In this document: piece by piece, positions 27,864 through 37,657 of the stretch
How the letters are laid out: each line of letters opens with the position of its first letter
How positions within the stretch are numbered: position 1 is the first letter of the stretch
IMG/VR virus record: IMGVR_UViG_2061766007_000995
Reading direction: 5' to 3' (one strand)
Length of the DNA stretch: 64,000 nt
Origin: an uncultured virus (IMG/VR IMGVR_UViG_2061766007_000995)
Lineage: Duplodnaviria; Heunggongvirae; Uroviricota; Caudoviricetes
Position numbers and translations under genes: made by a program
Notes under the pieces: model-generated
Database searches by the model: none
Told to the model about the DNA's origin: nothing
What the model saw: only the letters and a program-made list of their open reading frames with translations

Positions 27864-28923
27864 TGATTATGTCATTCTGATTCTTTCCCATGGCAGACCA
27901 GAGTTTTTAAAAAGTCATACATGGAAGCTGCTTGATGATCTTAATTCCCACGCAAGAAAGGTTGTTGTGCTTTCCGATGACGACAAGATGATTCCAGAAT
28001 ACAAAAAAACGTTTGATGAAGATTCCATTGTCATTTTCAGCAAGATAGAAGCCGAAAAGGTGTATGACATTGACTTGATCGACTGCTACTGGGGTCCAAA
28101 TCCTATAAGAAAAGCGCCTCTCTGGGGCAGAATCGTGGCGTTTGACATAGCGAAAAAACTTGGATACAGATGGTTTCTTGTACTGGATGACGACTATGTT
28201 GATGTAGTCATGCGAAAGAAAATGTATAAAAAGGCAACTGGTGAACCATTTTTTCCAAGAATAAGAAAGGAACTGTTCGCTGCGGCAGACATTCATGGAT
28301 CGGCTTTTGATGAATGCTGCTTGAAATATTTCAACGTTCTTGAATCGGCACCATGGCTTTGCATAACGGCCTTCTCTCAAATTGGAGACTTCATTGGTGG
28401 CGTTGGTTCCGTCTTGGCAAGACATGGCTACCGATGGAAGGCAATGAATGCCTTTTTCTGTGACAATGAAAAAGTGTACAGATTCTTTGGTCGCATAAAT
28501 GAGGACGTAAACGCATATGTTCTCAATGGAAAAATTGGAAGAATGGCTCTCACAATGGCCAATCCTTCTCTTGATCAGACGCCAACGCAGCAGGCATCTG
28601 GTGGCATGAAAGAGTTTTATGATCAAGTTGGAACATATATCAAGAGCGTTACATCTGCTGTTGCTTGTCCATCTTCAGTTGCCGTGTCCTGCATGGGATT
28701 TACGACTCCAAGAGTTCATCATTCAGTAAACTGGGCCTTGACATGTCCTGTCGTAGTGAATGATTCATATTGCAAAGATCAACCTTTAGACTTCGATTCG
28801 GAATGCGGAATTGAACCTTTCTTTCTGCTTCCTCCAGAAAGAAAGTTCACTTTTATGGATGCAGACTGCGAAACCATAGAAAATGCAGACTTCAATTCCA
28901 CAGCCATTGACAACTTCTTCTAG
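27838..28923 (+). CDS. GT-A fold glycosyltransferase, TET-associated/GREB1-like (copy 2)
   Basis: Full-length paralogue of 26351 (SHGRPE, VLDDD, GDFIGG, GRINEDV, SGGM.E.Y...GTYIKS). Confidence 0.75.
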   Translation: MTLTPQSPNDYVILILSHGRPEFLKSHTWKLLDDLNSHARKVVVLSDDDKMIPEYKKTFDEDSIVIFSKIEAEKVYDIDLIDCYWGPNPIRKAPLWGRIVAFDIAKKLGYRWFLVLDDDYVDVVMRKKMYKKATGEPFFPRIRKELFAAADIHGSAFDECCLKYFNVLESAPWLCITAFSQIGDFIGGVGSVLARHGYRWKAMNAFFCDNEKVYRFFGRINEDVNAYVLNGKIGRMALTMANPSLDQTPTQQASGGMKEFYDQVGTYIKSVTSAVACPSSVAVSCMGFTTPRVHHSVNWALTCPVVVNDSYCKDQPLDFDSECGIEPFFLLPPERKFTFMDADCETIENADFNSTAIDNFF

Positions 28924-28958
28924 ATGATGCATAATAGCAGATAAGCAGGAGGCAGACT

Positions 28959-29492
28959 ATGGAAGAAAATGTAGCCAAAGGTATAATAAAGGTACCCAAG
29001 TATTATCCAACAGACGAGAGTGTGGATATGGAAGACTGCCTGGACATGACAAAGTATCTTGAACTTGTTCGGGAAATCAATGCGGAACTTGCATCTGGAC
29101 ATATTTCTGAAGAGGAAGCAAAGTTTTTGAAGCTGTGCGCCACTAGATGGATCAAGTTTTACTACGCAAAGGTGGCGCAATACTTTGCCGTAAAGGCTTC
29201 TTCCGCCATGCAGAAGCATCTTCAACGCTCAACTATGGTCTTGATTGACGTGGACAACAAGTTTGAAGAGGCTGTTGTTGATGCAAGAAAGTATTTTGAT
29301 TCAATACTAAGACGCTATGTTACAGAGCATTCTAGAGATCTGTATACTCATATAGACATAGAAAAGTCAAACATGGTTGATGAAGAGGCGCTTGCCAGAC
29401 TTAATTCAAAACCAGTTTCAGAGACGCCTTCACCTGCCTTGAAGAAACATAGTCAGGCAGGCAGAAGGGTTCGGCAGTCGCGAAAAAAATGA
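28959..29492 (+). CDS. glycosyltransferase partner protein (copy 2)
   Basis: Paralogue of 27447 (EAKFLKLCATRWIKFYYAKVAQYFA.KASS). Confidence 0.7.
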   Translation: MEENVAKGIIKVPKYYPTDESVDMEDCLDMTKYLELVREINAELASGHISEEEAKFLKLCATRWIKFYYAKVAQYFAVKASSAMQKHLQRSTMVLIDVDNKFEEAVVDARKYFDSILRRYVTEHSRDLYTHIDIEKSNMVDEEALARLNSKPVSETPSPALKKHSQAGRRVRQSRKK

Positions 29493-29502
29493 GAAAAACC
29501 GC

Positions 29503-29531
29503 TTGACTGTGGCCTGGGTTCCTGATAGTCT
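29503..29531 (+). promoter_or_regulatory. sigma70-type promoter TTGACT-N17-TAGTCT with extended TG
   Basis: Consensus and spacing. Confidence 0.6.
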
Positions 29532-29588
29532 GTATCTGTCAGTTGAGAGAACCACATCCCCTCCGTGAGGAGGAAAGGAGCCAGCCAT

Positions 29589-30386
29589 ATGTTCGGATAC
29601 AACCATCTCGATCCTAAGGCCTTTGACCCCTCCCGCATTCCCGCCATTTTCGGTGCTCCTGAAGCTGGGACTGTGTCTAAGAAGTACAATAATGTTCCCA
29701 CTCATGAAATTGTGCATCTTATGAAGGATCTTGGCTGGAATCCTGTTGCCGCCAGTCAGGTCAAGGCTCGCAAGAGCCGTCCGGACGTTGTTCGTCACGC
29801 CGTTGTCTTTCAGGCAGACAATGCAAAGGAAAATGAAAACGGTGTGACTGGTCAGGTGGTGCTGATCAATTCTCATGATGCAAAGTCGTCCTACAAACTT
29901 TACTACGGTCTTTACAGGTTTGTCTGCGCCAATGGTCTGATGGTTGGCGATGAGTTTGCTCAGACCAAGATCCGTCACATGGGAAGGGATTCTCTTTTTG
30001 AAAACATTACCGAAGCTACTAGGAACTTCGTGGCCCACGGCACTCAGATCAATGATCAGATTGACAAGTGGCGTGACATTCACATGGACTACGCCAGTCA
30101 GATTGGCTTTGCAGAAGAAGCCATGAAGCTGCATTTCAGCGATGCGAGATGTACGCATCTCAAGACTTCCGACTTCCTTGAAGCCAGAAACAATGAAGAC
30201 TACAACAATGACTCGCTCTGGAGCGTCTTCAACAAGGTTCAGGAAAACATCTTCAAGGGTGGCATCGCTGGCAGGGCACCAAAGCGCCGCTTCCACACCA
30301 GAGGCATTGGTTCTGTTGATGAAAGCATCAGCTTCAACCGCGCTATTTGGGATCTGGCCGCTGGCTGGGCAGAGCATCTTGCTTAG
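29589..30386 (+). CDS. DUF932/DUF945-family protein
   Basis: VSKKY..VPT; LINSHD..SSY....GLYRFVCANGL; LWSVFNKVQEN..KGG; FNRAIW. Confidence 0.85.
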   Translation: MFGYNHLDPKAFDPSRIPAIFGAPEAGTVSKKYNNVPTHEIVHLMKDLGWNPVAASQVKARKSRPDVVRHAVVFQADNAKENENGVTGQVVLINSHDAKSSYKLYYGLYRFVCANGLMVGDEFAQTKIRHMGRDSLFENITEATRNFVAHGTQINDQIDKWRDIHMDYASQIGFAEEAMKLHFSDARCTHLKTSDFLEARNNEDYNNDSLWSVFNKVQENIFKGGIAGRAPKRRFHTRGIGSVDESISFNRAIWDLAAGWAEHLA

Positions 30387-30410
30387 AAGATAGTTCAAAA
30401 GAATGTAAGC

Positions 30411-30439
30411 GGGAGGAGAACCTAGGTTCTCCTCCCTTT
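30411..30439 (+). terminator. intrinsic terminator
   Basis: GGGAGGAGAAC/GTTCTCCTCCC hairpin followed by TTT. Confidence 0.7.
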
Positions 30440-30456
30440 GCATATAGGAGGATTAT

Positions 30457-30771
30457 ATGGAAAACGAAATTGAAATGCTGTCTAAAAACTTGACAAAGGA
30501 GTATGCCGCTAATTCAGATTATGAAACAGAAGCTGATCTTCAGAGAAAGGACAGCAGGGTTGTGGCCATTCCAGAGATTGAATGGAAGAACAGCATCCTG
30601 CAGGGATACTTCCTGGCCTATCTTTTCAATCTTGGTCTGGAATTCTTTCCAGAGTATGAGAAAGCCAAGGAAAGCGCACTGAAAGCTTATGAAATGACTT
30701 TCAACATAGCGAATCGTACAAAAGACAAGCTAGAAAAAAAGTCTGAAGAGAAATCCAAGATTATACAGTAA
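30457..30771 (+). CDS. hypothetical protein
   Basis: AGGAGG RBS; 104 aa. Confidence 0.7.
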   Translation: MENEIEMLSKNLTKEYAANSDYETEADLQRKDSRVVAIPEIEWKNSILQGYFLAYLFNLGLEFFPEYEKAKESALKAYEMTFNIANRTKDKLEKKSEEKSKIIQ

Positions 30772-30874
30772 CATATTGATTTTATTGACACGGCTTATTT
30801 TTATAGTCTATAAAAATTACACTCTAATTTGTAAATAGGCCGTTACTAACTTCCAGTTTCTCGGAGGACTGATA

Positions 30875-32788
30875 ATGTACTTTCGCATTTCTTGGGACAC
30901 AGACTTCGACACTTTGATGATGCATCTATGGTCGAAATATGGAAAGGAGCTATTCACGCTTGATGGAATAGGAGAGCAGATGGACTTGAACAAGTTCAGC
31001 AAGAACTTTTTCAACTCCAATGGTCCATCAGCCGACGTGTCTGTTGATGCAAATGCCAATGTCGTGGCAAAGACTGGCATTGAGTACAACTTTGAACTTC
31101 CAAAGCCACTGAAACGTTACAACAGCTACTTTCTGCTATGGAAGGAGCTAAAGAAGGCCTATGGTCTTGAAACAGCAAATGAAATTATTGAATCCCAGTT
31201 GACTGGCGACATTTATATCAACGACTTCACCGACATTGCCAGCCCGTATTGCTTTAACTACAGCACAAACGACATTGCATTCAATGGATTGGACAGCATT
31301 TCTAAACGAATTAGAGTATTTCCACCAAAATCGCTGGACACCTTCCTGCGACAGGTAGAGCAGTTTGTTGTGGTAGCCGCAAACTCCACTCTTGGTGCAA
31401 CTGGATTTGCAGATCTTCTGCTTGTAGCTTCCCGCTATGTAGACCTTCTGCTTGAAAATGGAATGGATGGCCATACAGTGATTGGCAATCCAGAGCAGTA
31501 CATTAAGGAGAGGTTGACTGCATTTGTCTACACGGTAAACTGGGAGTTTAGAGGAAATCAGTCCGCATTCACCAATATCTCCCTCTATGATGACACCTTC
31601 CTTGACTCCCTCTGTCCGGACTACAATGCCAAGAAAGAGACTGTGAAGCTTCTTCAGAAGATATATGTTGAAGTGATGAATGAGGAACTGGCCAGAAGTC
31701 CAATCACTTTTCCAGTGACAACTGCCTGCTTCTGCAAGGAGGAGGATGGCTCCATTAAGGACAAGGAGTTTCTTGACTTCATTGCCAATGCAAATCTTGA
31801 ATACGGCTGGATCAACATATACAACGGAGACACTTCCACCTTGTCTTCCTGCTGTCGTCTGCGTTCAAACAAGGATAATCCATACTTTAACTCCTTTGGT
31901 GCAGGCTCCACCAAGATTGGCTCTCTTGGCGTGGTGACTGCAAATCTTCCTCGAATTGCATACAAGGCCAAGGGAGATGTAGACAAGTTCATGGAAGGTC
32001 TTGAGGAAATCTATGCTGTTGCCGCCAAGATCAATGCCTGCAAGCGTCGTCTTGTACGAAAACGCATAGAGCTTGGTGCCGCTCCTCTCTACACTCAAGG
32101 CTACATGGATCTTAGCAAGCAGTACAGTACATTTGGAGTTGTTGGAATCAATGAAGCCGTTCAATTGCTTGGCAAGGACATTCTCACGGAAGAAGGACAG
32201 AATCTTGTTCTAAGGATTCTCAAGAACATCAACAAATGGATTGATCGTGCCGAGGCGCAATACAAGGCTCCCCACAACGTTGAGCAGGTTCCTGCAGAGA
32301 CTTCTGCAATCAAGCTGGCCAGCAAGGACAAGATGCTTGGCTATGACATTGGCGTTCCATTATACAGCAACCAGTTTATTCCGTTGATTGTCAAGGCCGA
32401 CATGCTCGACAGACTGAAGCTGCAGGGACTCTTTGATCGTCATCTCTCTGGTGGCGCCATTGCCCACATCAATGTTGGCGAAAAAATCAAGGATCCAAAG
32501 GTGATGGTCTCCCTGATGGAGTATGCGGCCAAATGTGGCGTTGTCTACTGGGCCATCAACTATCTGCTTAATTGCTGTGAAGAAAAGCATCTCTGGGTTG
32601 GTGGAGAAACCTGTCCTACTTGCGGAAGGCCTTGCGTCAATCATATGACAAGAGTGGTTGGATTTTTGACAACGGTTGCCAACTGGCATCCTGTTAGAAG
32701 AACCTTTGACTTCCCGCAGAGGCAGTTCTATACTGATGAAGTGGAGCATGAAGCTATTGAATCTGCAAAGGAAAAGGATGTAGCTTAG
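30875..32788 (+). CDS. nrdD: class III (anaerobic) ribonucleotide reductase
   Basis: PYCFNYS, NQSAFTNISLYD, TFPVTT, SSCCRL, GSLGVVT.NLPR, EQVPAE, SGGAI.H, C..H...CPTC, TRVVGF glycyl-radical loop. Confidence 0.95.
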   Translation: MYFRISWDTDFDTLMMHLWSKYGKELFTLDGIGEQMDLNKFSKNFFNSNGPSADVSVDANANVVAKTGIEYNFELPKPLKRYNSYFLLWKELKKAYGLETANEIIESQLTGDIYINDFTDIASPYCFNYSTNDIAFNGLDSISKRIRVFPPKSLDTFLRQVEQFVVVAANSTLGATGFADLLLVASRYVDLLLENGMDGHTVIGNPEQYIKERLTAFVYTVNWEFRGNQSAFTNISLYDDTFLDSLCPDYNAKKETVKLLQKIYVEVMNEELARSPITFPVTTACFCKEEDGSIKDKEFLDFIANANLEYGWINIYNGDTSTLSSCCRLRSNKDNPYFNSFGAGSTKIGSLGVVTANLPRIAYKAKGDVDKFMEGLEEIYAVAAKINACKRRLVRKRIELGAAPLYTQGYMDLSKQYSTFGVVGINEAVQLLGKDILTEEGQNLVLRILKNINKWIDRAEAQYKAPHNVEQVPAETSAIKLASKDKMLGYDIGVPLYSNQFIPLIVKADMLDRLKLQGLFDRHLSGGAIAHINVGEKIKDPKVMVSLMEYAAKCGVVYWAINYLLNCCEEKHLWVGGETCPTCGRPCVNHMTRVVGFLTTVANWHPVRRTFDFPQRQFYTDEVEHEAIESAKEKDVA

Positions 32789-32808
32789 AATATAGAATGA
32801 AATGAAGG

Positions 32809-32839
32809 AAAGGGGAGAAGCATTTCTTCTCCCCTTTTT
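32809..32839 (+). terminator. hairpin/terminator between nrdD and nrdG
   Basis: AAAGGGGAGAAG/CTTCTCCCCTTT followed by TT. Confidence 0.55.
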
Positions 32840-32860
32840 GAGTTTCATATGGAGGCAGGT

Positions 32861-33337
32861 ATGAGAATCGCTGGAACTGAAATAAATCTGGCCTTCAAGG
32901 CCTTTGAAATATACGTTTCTGGATGCAAGGCTCCACACTGCAATGGATGCCACAATGCAGAGCTTTGGACATTTACTATTGGAGACTGCTGGAATGCCGA
33001 GAAGGGAAAGGCTCTGGAAGACAAGGCCTCTGAACTTCATTCAGCAGGACTTGCCGACTATGCATGGATACTGGGTGGAGAGCCGCTTGATCAAAATCTG
33101 GATGATCTTCAGGACTTGATTAGAAGAATGATTCATGCTGGACTAAAGACTGTTCTCTGGACGCACTACTATTCCATTCCAGAAGAGATTGCATCTTTAG
33201 TTGACTTTGTTAAGGTTGGTCCATACATAGAAGGGAAGGAATCATATAACGAGCTAGTGTTTGGAGTGAAGCTGGCCAATCCAGAGCAGAAGATATATTC
33301 TATTGAGGACTACAGAAATGGCGGAAGAAATGGTTAA
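32861..33337 (+). CDS. nrdG: anaerobic RNR activating protein (radical SAM)
   Basis: SGC...HC.GCHN..LW, ILGGEPLDQ, KVGPYIE, LAN..Q. Confidence 0.9.
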   Translation: MRIAGTEINLAFKAFEIYVSGCKAPHCNGCHNAELWTFTIGDCWNAEKGKALEDKASELHSAGLADYAWILGGEPLDQNLDDLQDLIRRMIHAGLKTVLWTHYYSIPEEIASLVDFVKVGPYIEGKESYNELVFGVKLANPEQKIYSIEDYRNGGRNG

Positions 33338-33752
33338 TGAATTGACACGTCTTGCTCCGTATTCCGAGATCAACTGCGGGTATCCATCTCTTCTTGAATT
33401 GAAATGGAAGGAAATGGCCAAGGAAGACCTGCAGAAGGCGCAGAAATCTCTCATTGAATTTGTTGCAAGAGAAACTAAATTCAATAGGGAAATGCATCTG
33501 GCCCAAGCTCTGTATGTTCTGGCCAGTCTGCCATATGAAGAAGGAAAGTTTGGTCTTGAACTGGTTGAAGAAGGATTGAAATCAGACAGCATCTGGTGCA
33601 ATGAATGCGCCCTTGGTGTGCTGGAGCAGTGGGAAAATCTTGAACTGGCCGAGAAGATGCTTGCTGATTTTCATTCTGAAGAAAAATGGCTTCAGGAATA
33701 CAGGGACAAGGTTTTGGAATACATGAGAAAATTACAGATGGAGACTGCATAA
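33318..33752 (+). CDS. hypothetical helical protein
   Basis: GAGG RBS; coupled to both neighbours. Confidence 0.65.
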   Translation: MAEEMVNELTRLAPYSEINCGYPSLLELKWKEMAKEDLQKAQKSLIEFVARETKFNREMHLAQALYVLASLPYEEGKFGLELVEEGLKSDSIWCNECALGVLEQWENLELAEKMLADFHSEEKWLQEYRDKVLEYMRKLQMETA

Positions 33753-34531
33753 TGCAATGCATATTTGAACCAGGTCCGAGTGGAGATGGAATTCATCTTG
33801 AAGATGGATTTCATGAAGTTGAAAAGACGTATGTTGACTTTTCCAGCTATGCCGTTGAAGAAATAGATGAAGCAATTGCCGTTACCAGAGGTGGATCAGC
33901 CATCATTCGCGACTGCGTATTTCAGGGTGCAGAAAAGCTGGCCTTGATCGGTGGTGGAGATGAAGAATGGAGGTCAATGGAGGAAGGAAAGACTGTTGTC
34001 TTTCTAAACTGCATTTTCAGAGATGGTTCAAGGAGAATGCCTGAAGTGCAGTGTGGAATGAAGTGTCTTCTAGTCAACTGCACCATAGAAAACTGGTGCG
34101 AACCTTCAAGGCAGCCAAAGAATCCAGCAAAGGCCAGAGGATTTGGAGCATGGGCGCATGATGGCGGTGAAATAATTGCCGTAAAGTGTACATTCAATCA
34201 GAAGCCATTCTGGAAGGGACTTCCATTGATGATCTTTGACGTTCTGGGACATCTTGGCAATGCCATCAATGAATCAGGAATAAAGGCCATTTTCAACTGG
34301 CGTTCATGGATTCCAGGTATAATGCGTGGATTGACTGCATCTGATGGCGGAAAAACGTATGCCTTCAAATGCGACAAAAACCGCAAATGGATTCGCATTG
34401 AGGGAGAAATGGATAAAGATGCGTTCTGGAAGCTGGAAGATGTTAGAATGATTCTTGAATCCAGTCCGTCAGTGAAAGAATACCTCAACAAAATAGGAAT
34501 AGACGAGATGAGAAATGAAGCTGTTGAATGA
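33752..34531 (+). CDS. right-handed beta-helix, pectate lyase (PL1)-like protein
   Basis: DEAIAVT....IIRDCVF...KLALIGGGD...VVFLNCIF....RRMPEVQCG...LVNCTIENW. Confidence 0.6.
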   Translation: MQCIFEPGPSGDGIHLEDGFHEVEKTYVDFSSYAVEEIDEAIAVTRGGSAIIRDCVFQGAEKLALIGGGDEEWRSMEEGKTVVFLNCIFRDGSRRMPEVQCGMKCLLVNCTIENWCEPSRQPKNPAKARGFGAWAHDGGEIIAVKCTFNQKPFWKGLPLMIFDVLGHLGNAINESGIKAIFNWRSWIPGIMRGLTASDGGKTYAFKCDKNRKWIRIEGEMDKDAFWKLEDVRMILESSPSVKEYLNKIGIDEMRNEAVE

Positions 34532-34751
34532 ATGGATTGCTGAATCTTCCGAAGTGCTTGAGGTTCCTGATGGAGAAAGCGTGACTTCTCTGCCTGTAAA
34601 GCATTTTGTGTCTCTTGTGGACAAGAAGGGAAGAAAGAAGATTGTAAGGGCCTTGACTAATCTTGAAGTGTGGTTCATCAGGAAAAAGCCAGAACTTTCA
34701 GCCTGGGCCAAAGACATGAAGGCGCAGCTGGCCAAGGCGCTTGATGGATAG
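34515..34751 (+). CDS. small protein with capsid-targeting-like N-terminus
   Basis: MKLLNEWIAE. Confidence 0.55.
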   Translation: MKLLNEWIAESSEVLEVPDGESVTSLPVKHFVSLVDKKGRKKIVRALTNLEVWFIRKKPELSAWAKDMKAQLAKALDG

Positions 34752-34754
34752 TGC

Positions 34755-34783
34755 TTGACATCATTCGGATCAAGTGATATTAT
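34755..34783 (+). promoter_or_regulatory. sigma70-type promoter TTGACA-N17-TATTAT with extended TG
   Basis: Near-perfect consensus. Confidence 0.75.
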
Positions 34784-34846
34784 AGCTTTGTTTGGTTGAG
34801 AAGATGGAAACATGTCTGTAAAGCTGAAAGAAAGGAGGAGTTCTAT

Positions 34847-35197
34847 ATGGATTTGAAAACGTTTCTGTTTGGACGTCCTTCCCGTCAGCGTGAAATAGAA
34901 CTTGAGTGGAAGCAGTCTCTGGCTGAGGCCAGAGAGAAATACGGCAGAAAAATATCTTCTGTAGAAAAGCATATCATGAATGAAATTGGATTTCCCTCTG
35001 AAAATGCTCCAAAAAGCATTGATGAAAAGCTTCATCGGCTGGAATCTCTTGATATGCAGATAGGAAGCATGATTGATGATCTAGGAGCTATTGAAGATCA
35101 GCTTTTCTTTGACATGATGGACAAGATAAAGAAAGAACAGATTGAAAGCGCCTCTCTTCCAAGAAAGATATGGCTTTGGATGTACTGGCATGTATAG
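34847..35197 (+). CDS. hypothetical protein
   Basis: AGGAGG RBS. Confidence 0.65.
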   Translation: MDLKTFLFGRPSRQREIELEWKQSLAEAREKYGRKISSVEKHIMNEIGFPSENAPKSIDEKLHRLESLDMQIGSMIDDLGAIEDQLFFDMMDKIKKEQIESASLPRKIWLWMYWHV

Positions 35198-35208
35198 GGA
35201 GATTTCCA

Positions 35209-35577
35209 ATGAAGAGGCCAATTGAAATAATGGAATGGCTTTTTGGCTGTCCATGGAATGAAAAGGCTGAAAAATCAATAAGAGATAGAAAGATTTCAGA
35301 TGAAAATGCAAAATATGGTCAATTGACAAGTCTGGCCTATGAAGAGACGCTAAGGGAAATATCAGATTTTTCCACCAGACATGCTGAAGATGGTTCAATT
35401 GGAAGCATGTCTGTTGAAATGGCTGACGCTCTTATGATAAGACTTGCAGTGCTGGGCATTGATCGGGACAGAGAAATCGCTAAAATTAATGAAGCGTTTG
35501 AATCTAGAAGGAAAGAAATGTCTATCAAGTCGAAATGGTTTATTCCTCGTTTATGGCATGAGTGGAGGAATCAGTAG
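35209..35577 (+). CDS. hypothetical protein
   Basis: GGAG RBS; co-oriented. Confidence 0.6.
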   Translation: MKRPIEIMEWLFGCPWNEKAEKSIRDRKISDENAKYGQLTSLAYEETLREISDFSTRHAEDGSIGSMSVEMADALMIRLAVLGIDRDREIAKINEAFESRRKEMSIKSKWFIPRLWHEWRNQ

Positions 35578-35603
35578 AACGTTCTGAACAGGTTGAATGC
35601 GTT

Positions 35604-35939
35604 ATGAAAAAAATTTCAGAAACTATGTTAAAGAGTCTATTTGCCGCATTGCTTGCAGTCGTTATTGCCGGTGGTTCAGCAGCGATTGTTGATGCGAAAC
35701 GTGGATATTCAAAGTCTGCAAGTCGTTTGATTTCAAAAGGAGGCATGGTCAAGCCTTCAAAAGGCAGTTCGTCATTTTTTGAAATTATTGGTGGTTCTGC
35801 GGCAGGAACTATTGTCGGAGAAGTGGTGCATGATGCATTGAAGTCAGATGAAGAGCATTATGAAAGTCCATTGAATAATCGTCCGCAGATGCAGAAGTTG
35901 AAGAATGACAGCAGGGGATGTGGATGCCAGGGAAACTGA
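35604..35939 (+). CDS. putative exported/membrane protein
   Basis: Signal-like hydrophobic N-terminus; glycine-zipper-like GGSAAGTIVG. Confidence 0.55.
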   Translation: MKKISETMLKSLFAALLAVVIAGGSAAIVDAKRGYSKSASRLISKGGMVKPSKGSSSFFEIIGGSAAGTIVGEVVHDALKSDEEHYESPLNNRPQMQKLKNDSRGCGCQGN

Positions 35940-36469
35940 TTGGTCTTATAGGAGCTCCTGGTTCTGGAAAGACTACATGCGCCGCATGGCTCTTTTCTCA
36001 AATGCGTATCAAGGGAATGAGATGCGAAATGGCTTCCGAATTTGCAAAGGATCTGTTTTGGGATGAATCCAATGCATGGAAGGATCAGCTTTATGTCTTT
36101 GCAAACCAGTGGAGAATGATAGACAGAGTGCTTTGCAGAACGGACTATGTAGTCTGTGACAGTCCTCCCATTCTTTCTCTGTTCTACAATCGTCCACATT
36201 CGGAAGCATTTGTTGATCTTGTTCTGGAAAAGTGCCATCAATTTGACACCATGCTGTTTCTTCTAAAACGCATTGCACCCTATGATCAGGAAGGAAGAAG
36301 AGAAACGGAAGCTGAATCGAACAGGCTTCATGATGAAATGTCTGAATGGCTTGACTTGTATGGAATGCCATATGAACTGGTGGAATCCAGCGTTGATGGA
36401 TGGAACTGCATATTAAGCAAGGTGGTTGACAATGGCAATAGAAATGGATTCAATTTCAGCCAAGCTTGA
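35924..36469 (+). CDS. P-loop kinase/ATPase (AAA_28/NadR-type)
   Basis: GAPGSGKTT, EFAKD..W, DQLYVFANQ, VVCDSP..L, YDQEGR. Confidence 0.8.
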   Translation: MPGKLIGLIGAPGSGKTTCAAWLFSQMRIKGMRCEMASEFAKDLFWDESNAWKDQLYVFANQWRMIDRVLCRTDYVVCDSPPILSLFYNRPHSEAFVDLVLEKCHQFDTMLFLLKRIAPYDQEGRRETEAESNRLHDEMSEWLDLYGMPYELVESSVDGWNCILSKVVDNGNRNGFNFSQA

Positions 36470-37094
36470 CAAGCTGGACAAGCTTGTTGAGGAGCTGGAA
36501 TCAAAAATCAAAAAAAGCGATGTCATTCTTGATCTTCCAAAGGCTGTTGGTGCAATTGCCGACTGTCAGAAGGAAATGCTTGAGATGCTTTCCATCATGA
36601 AAGGAGAAGAAATCGAATGGTGGCTTGATGGTCGAACTCTTCTTGCTTCAGCAAGAACAAAGGAGCTTCTTCCATGGGATTCCATTCTTGAAATAGGAAT
36701 GAGTGAAGAAACTTGGAATGTTTTAGTGGATTCAGACATTCTTTCAAAAAATGATTTCAAGCTTGAAGAAAATGTCATTTCCTACGTTTTTCCTCCAGCA
36801 ATGGGAGCAATGAAGCCACAGATAAGGATTAACGTCTGGGAAAGAAAAAACAATGGAATTCTGCGTAATGACCTTTTTATTTCTTCTGAAGTGCTTTTCC
36901 CTCTAGAAGAACGGAAACTTGGAGGTCTTGATTTTCCTGCACCAGCTAACACGTTGAAATATTTGAANNNNNNNNNNTGATGGAATTCTGCGTAATGACC
37001 TTTTTATTTCTTCTGAAGTGCTTCTCCCTCTAGAAGAACGGAAGCTTGGAGGTCTTGATTTTCCTGCACCAGCTAACACGTTGAAATATTTGAA
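36432..37094 (+). CDS. LicD-like nucleotidyltransferase, degenerate (3' end in gap)
   Basis: WWLDGRTLLASAR...LLPWDSILEIGM and LFPL......GLDFPAPAN...YL match the LicD layout. Confidence 0.6.
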
Positions 37095-37657
37095 NNNNNN
37101 NNNNNNNNNNNNNNNNNNNNNNNNNNNNNNNNNNNNNNNNNNNNNNNNNNNNNNNNNNNNNNNNNNNNNNNNNNNNNNNNNNNNNNNNNNNNNNNNNNNN
37201 NNNNNNNNNNNNNNNNNNNNNNNNNNNNNNNNNNNNNNNNNNNNNNNNNNNNNNNNNNNNNNNNNNNNNNNNNNNNNNNNNNNNNNNNNNNNNNNNNNNN
37301 NNNNNNNNNNNNNNNNNNNNNNNNNNNNNNNNNNNNNNNNNNNNNNNNNNNNNNNNNNNNNNNNNNNNNNNNNNNNNNNNNNNNNNNNNNNNNNNNNNNN
37401 NNNNNNNNNNNNNNNNNNNNNNNNNNNNNNNNNNNNNNNNNNNNNNNNNNNNNNNNNNNNNNNNNNNNNNNNNNNNNNNNNNNNNNNNNNNNNNNNNNNN
37501 NNNNNNNNNNNNNNNNNNNNNNNNNNNNNNNNNNNNNNNNNNNNNNNNNNNNNNNNNNNNNNNNNNNNNNNNNNNNNNNNNNNNNNNNNNNNNNNNNNNN
37601 NNNNNNNNNNNNNNNNNNNNNNNNNNNNNNNNNNNNNNNNNNNNNNNNNNNNNNNNC

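Noticed and set aside
21616..30443. Long antisense ORFs (21616-22932, 24034-24816, 29430-30443)
   Set aside because: Shadows of well-supported + strand genes with biased codon usage
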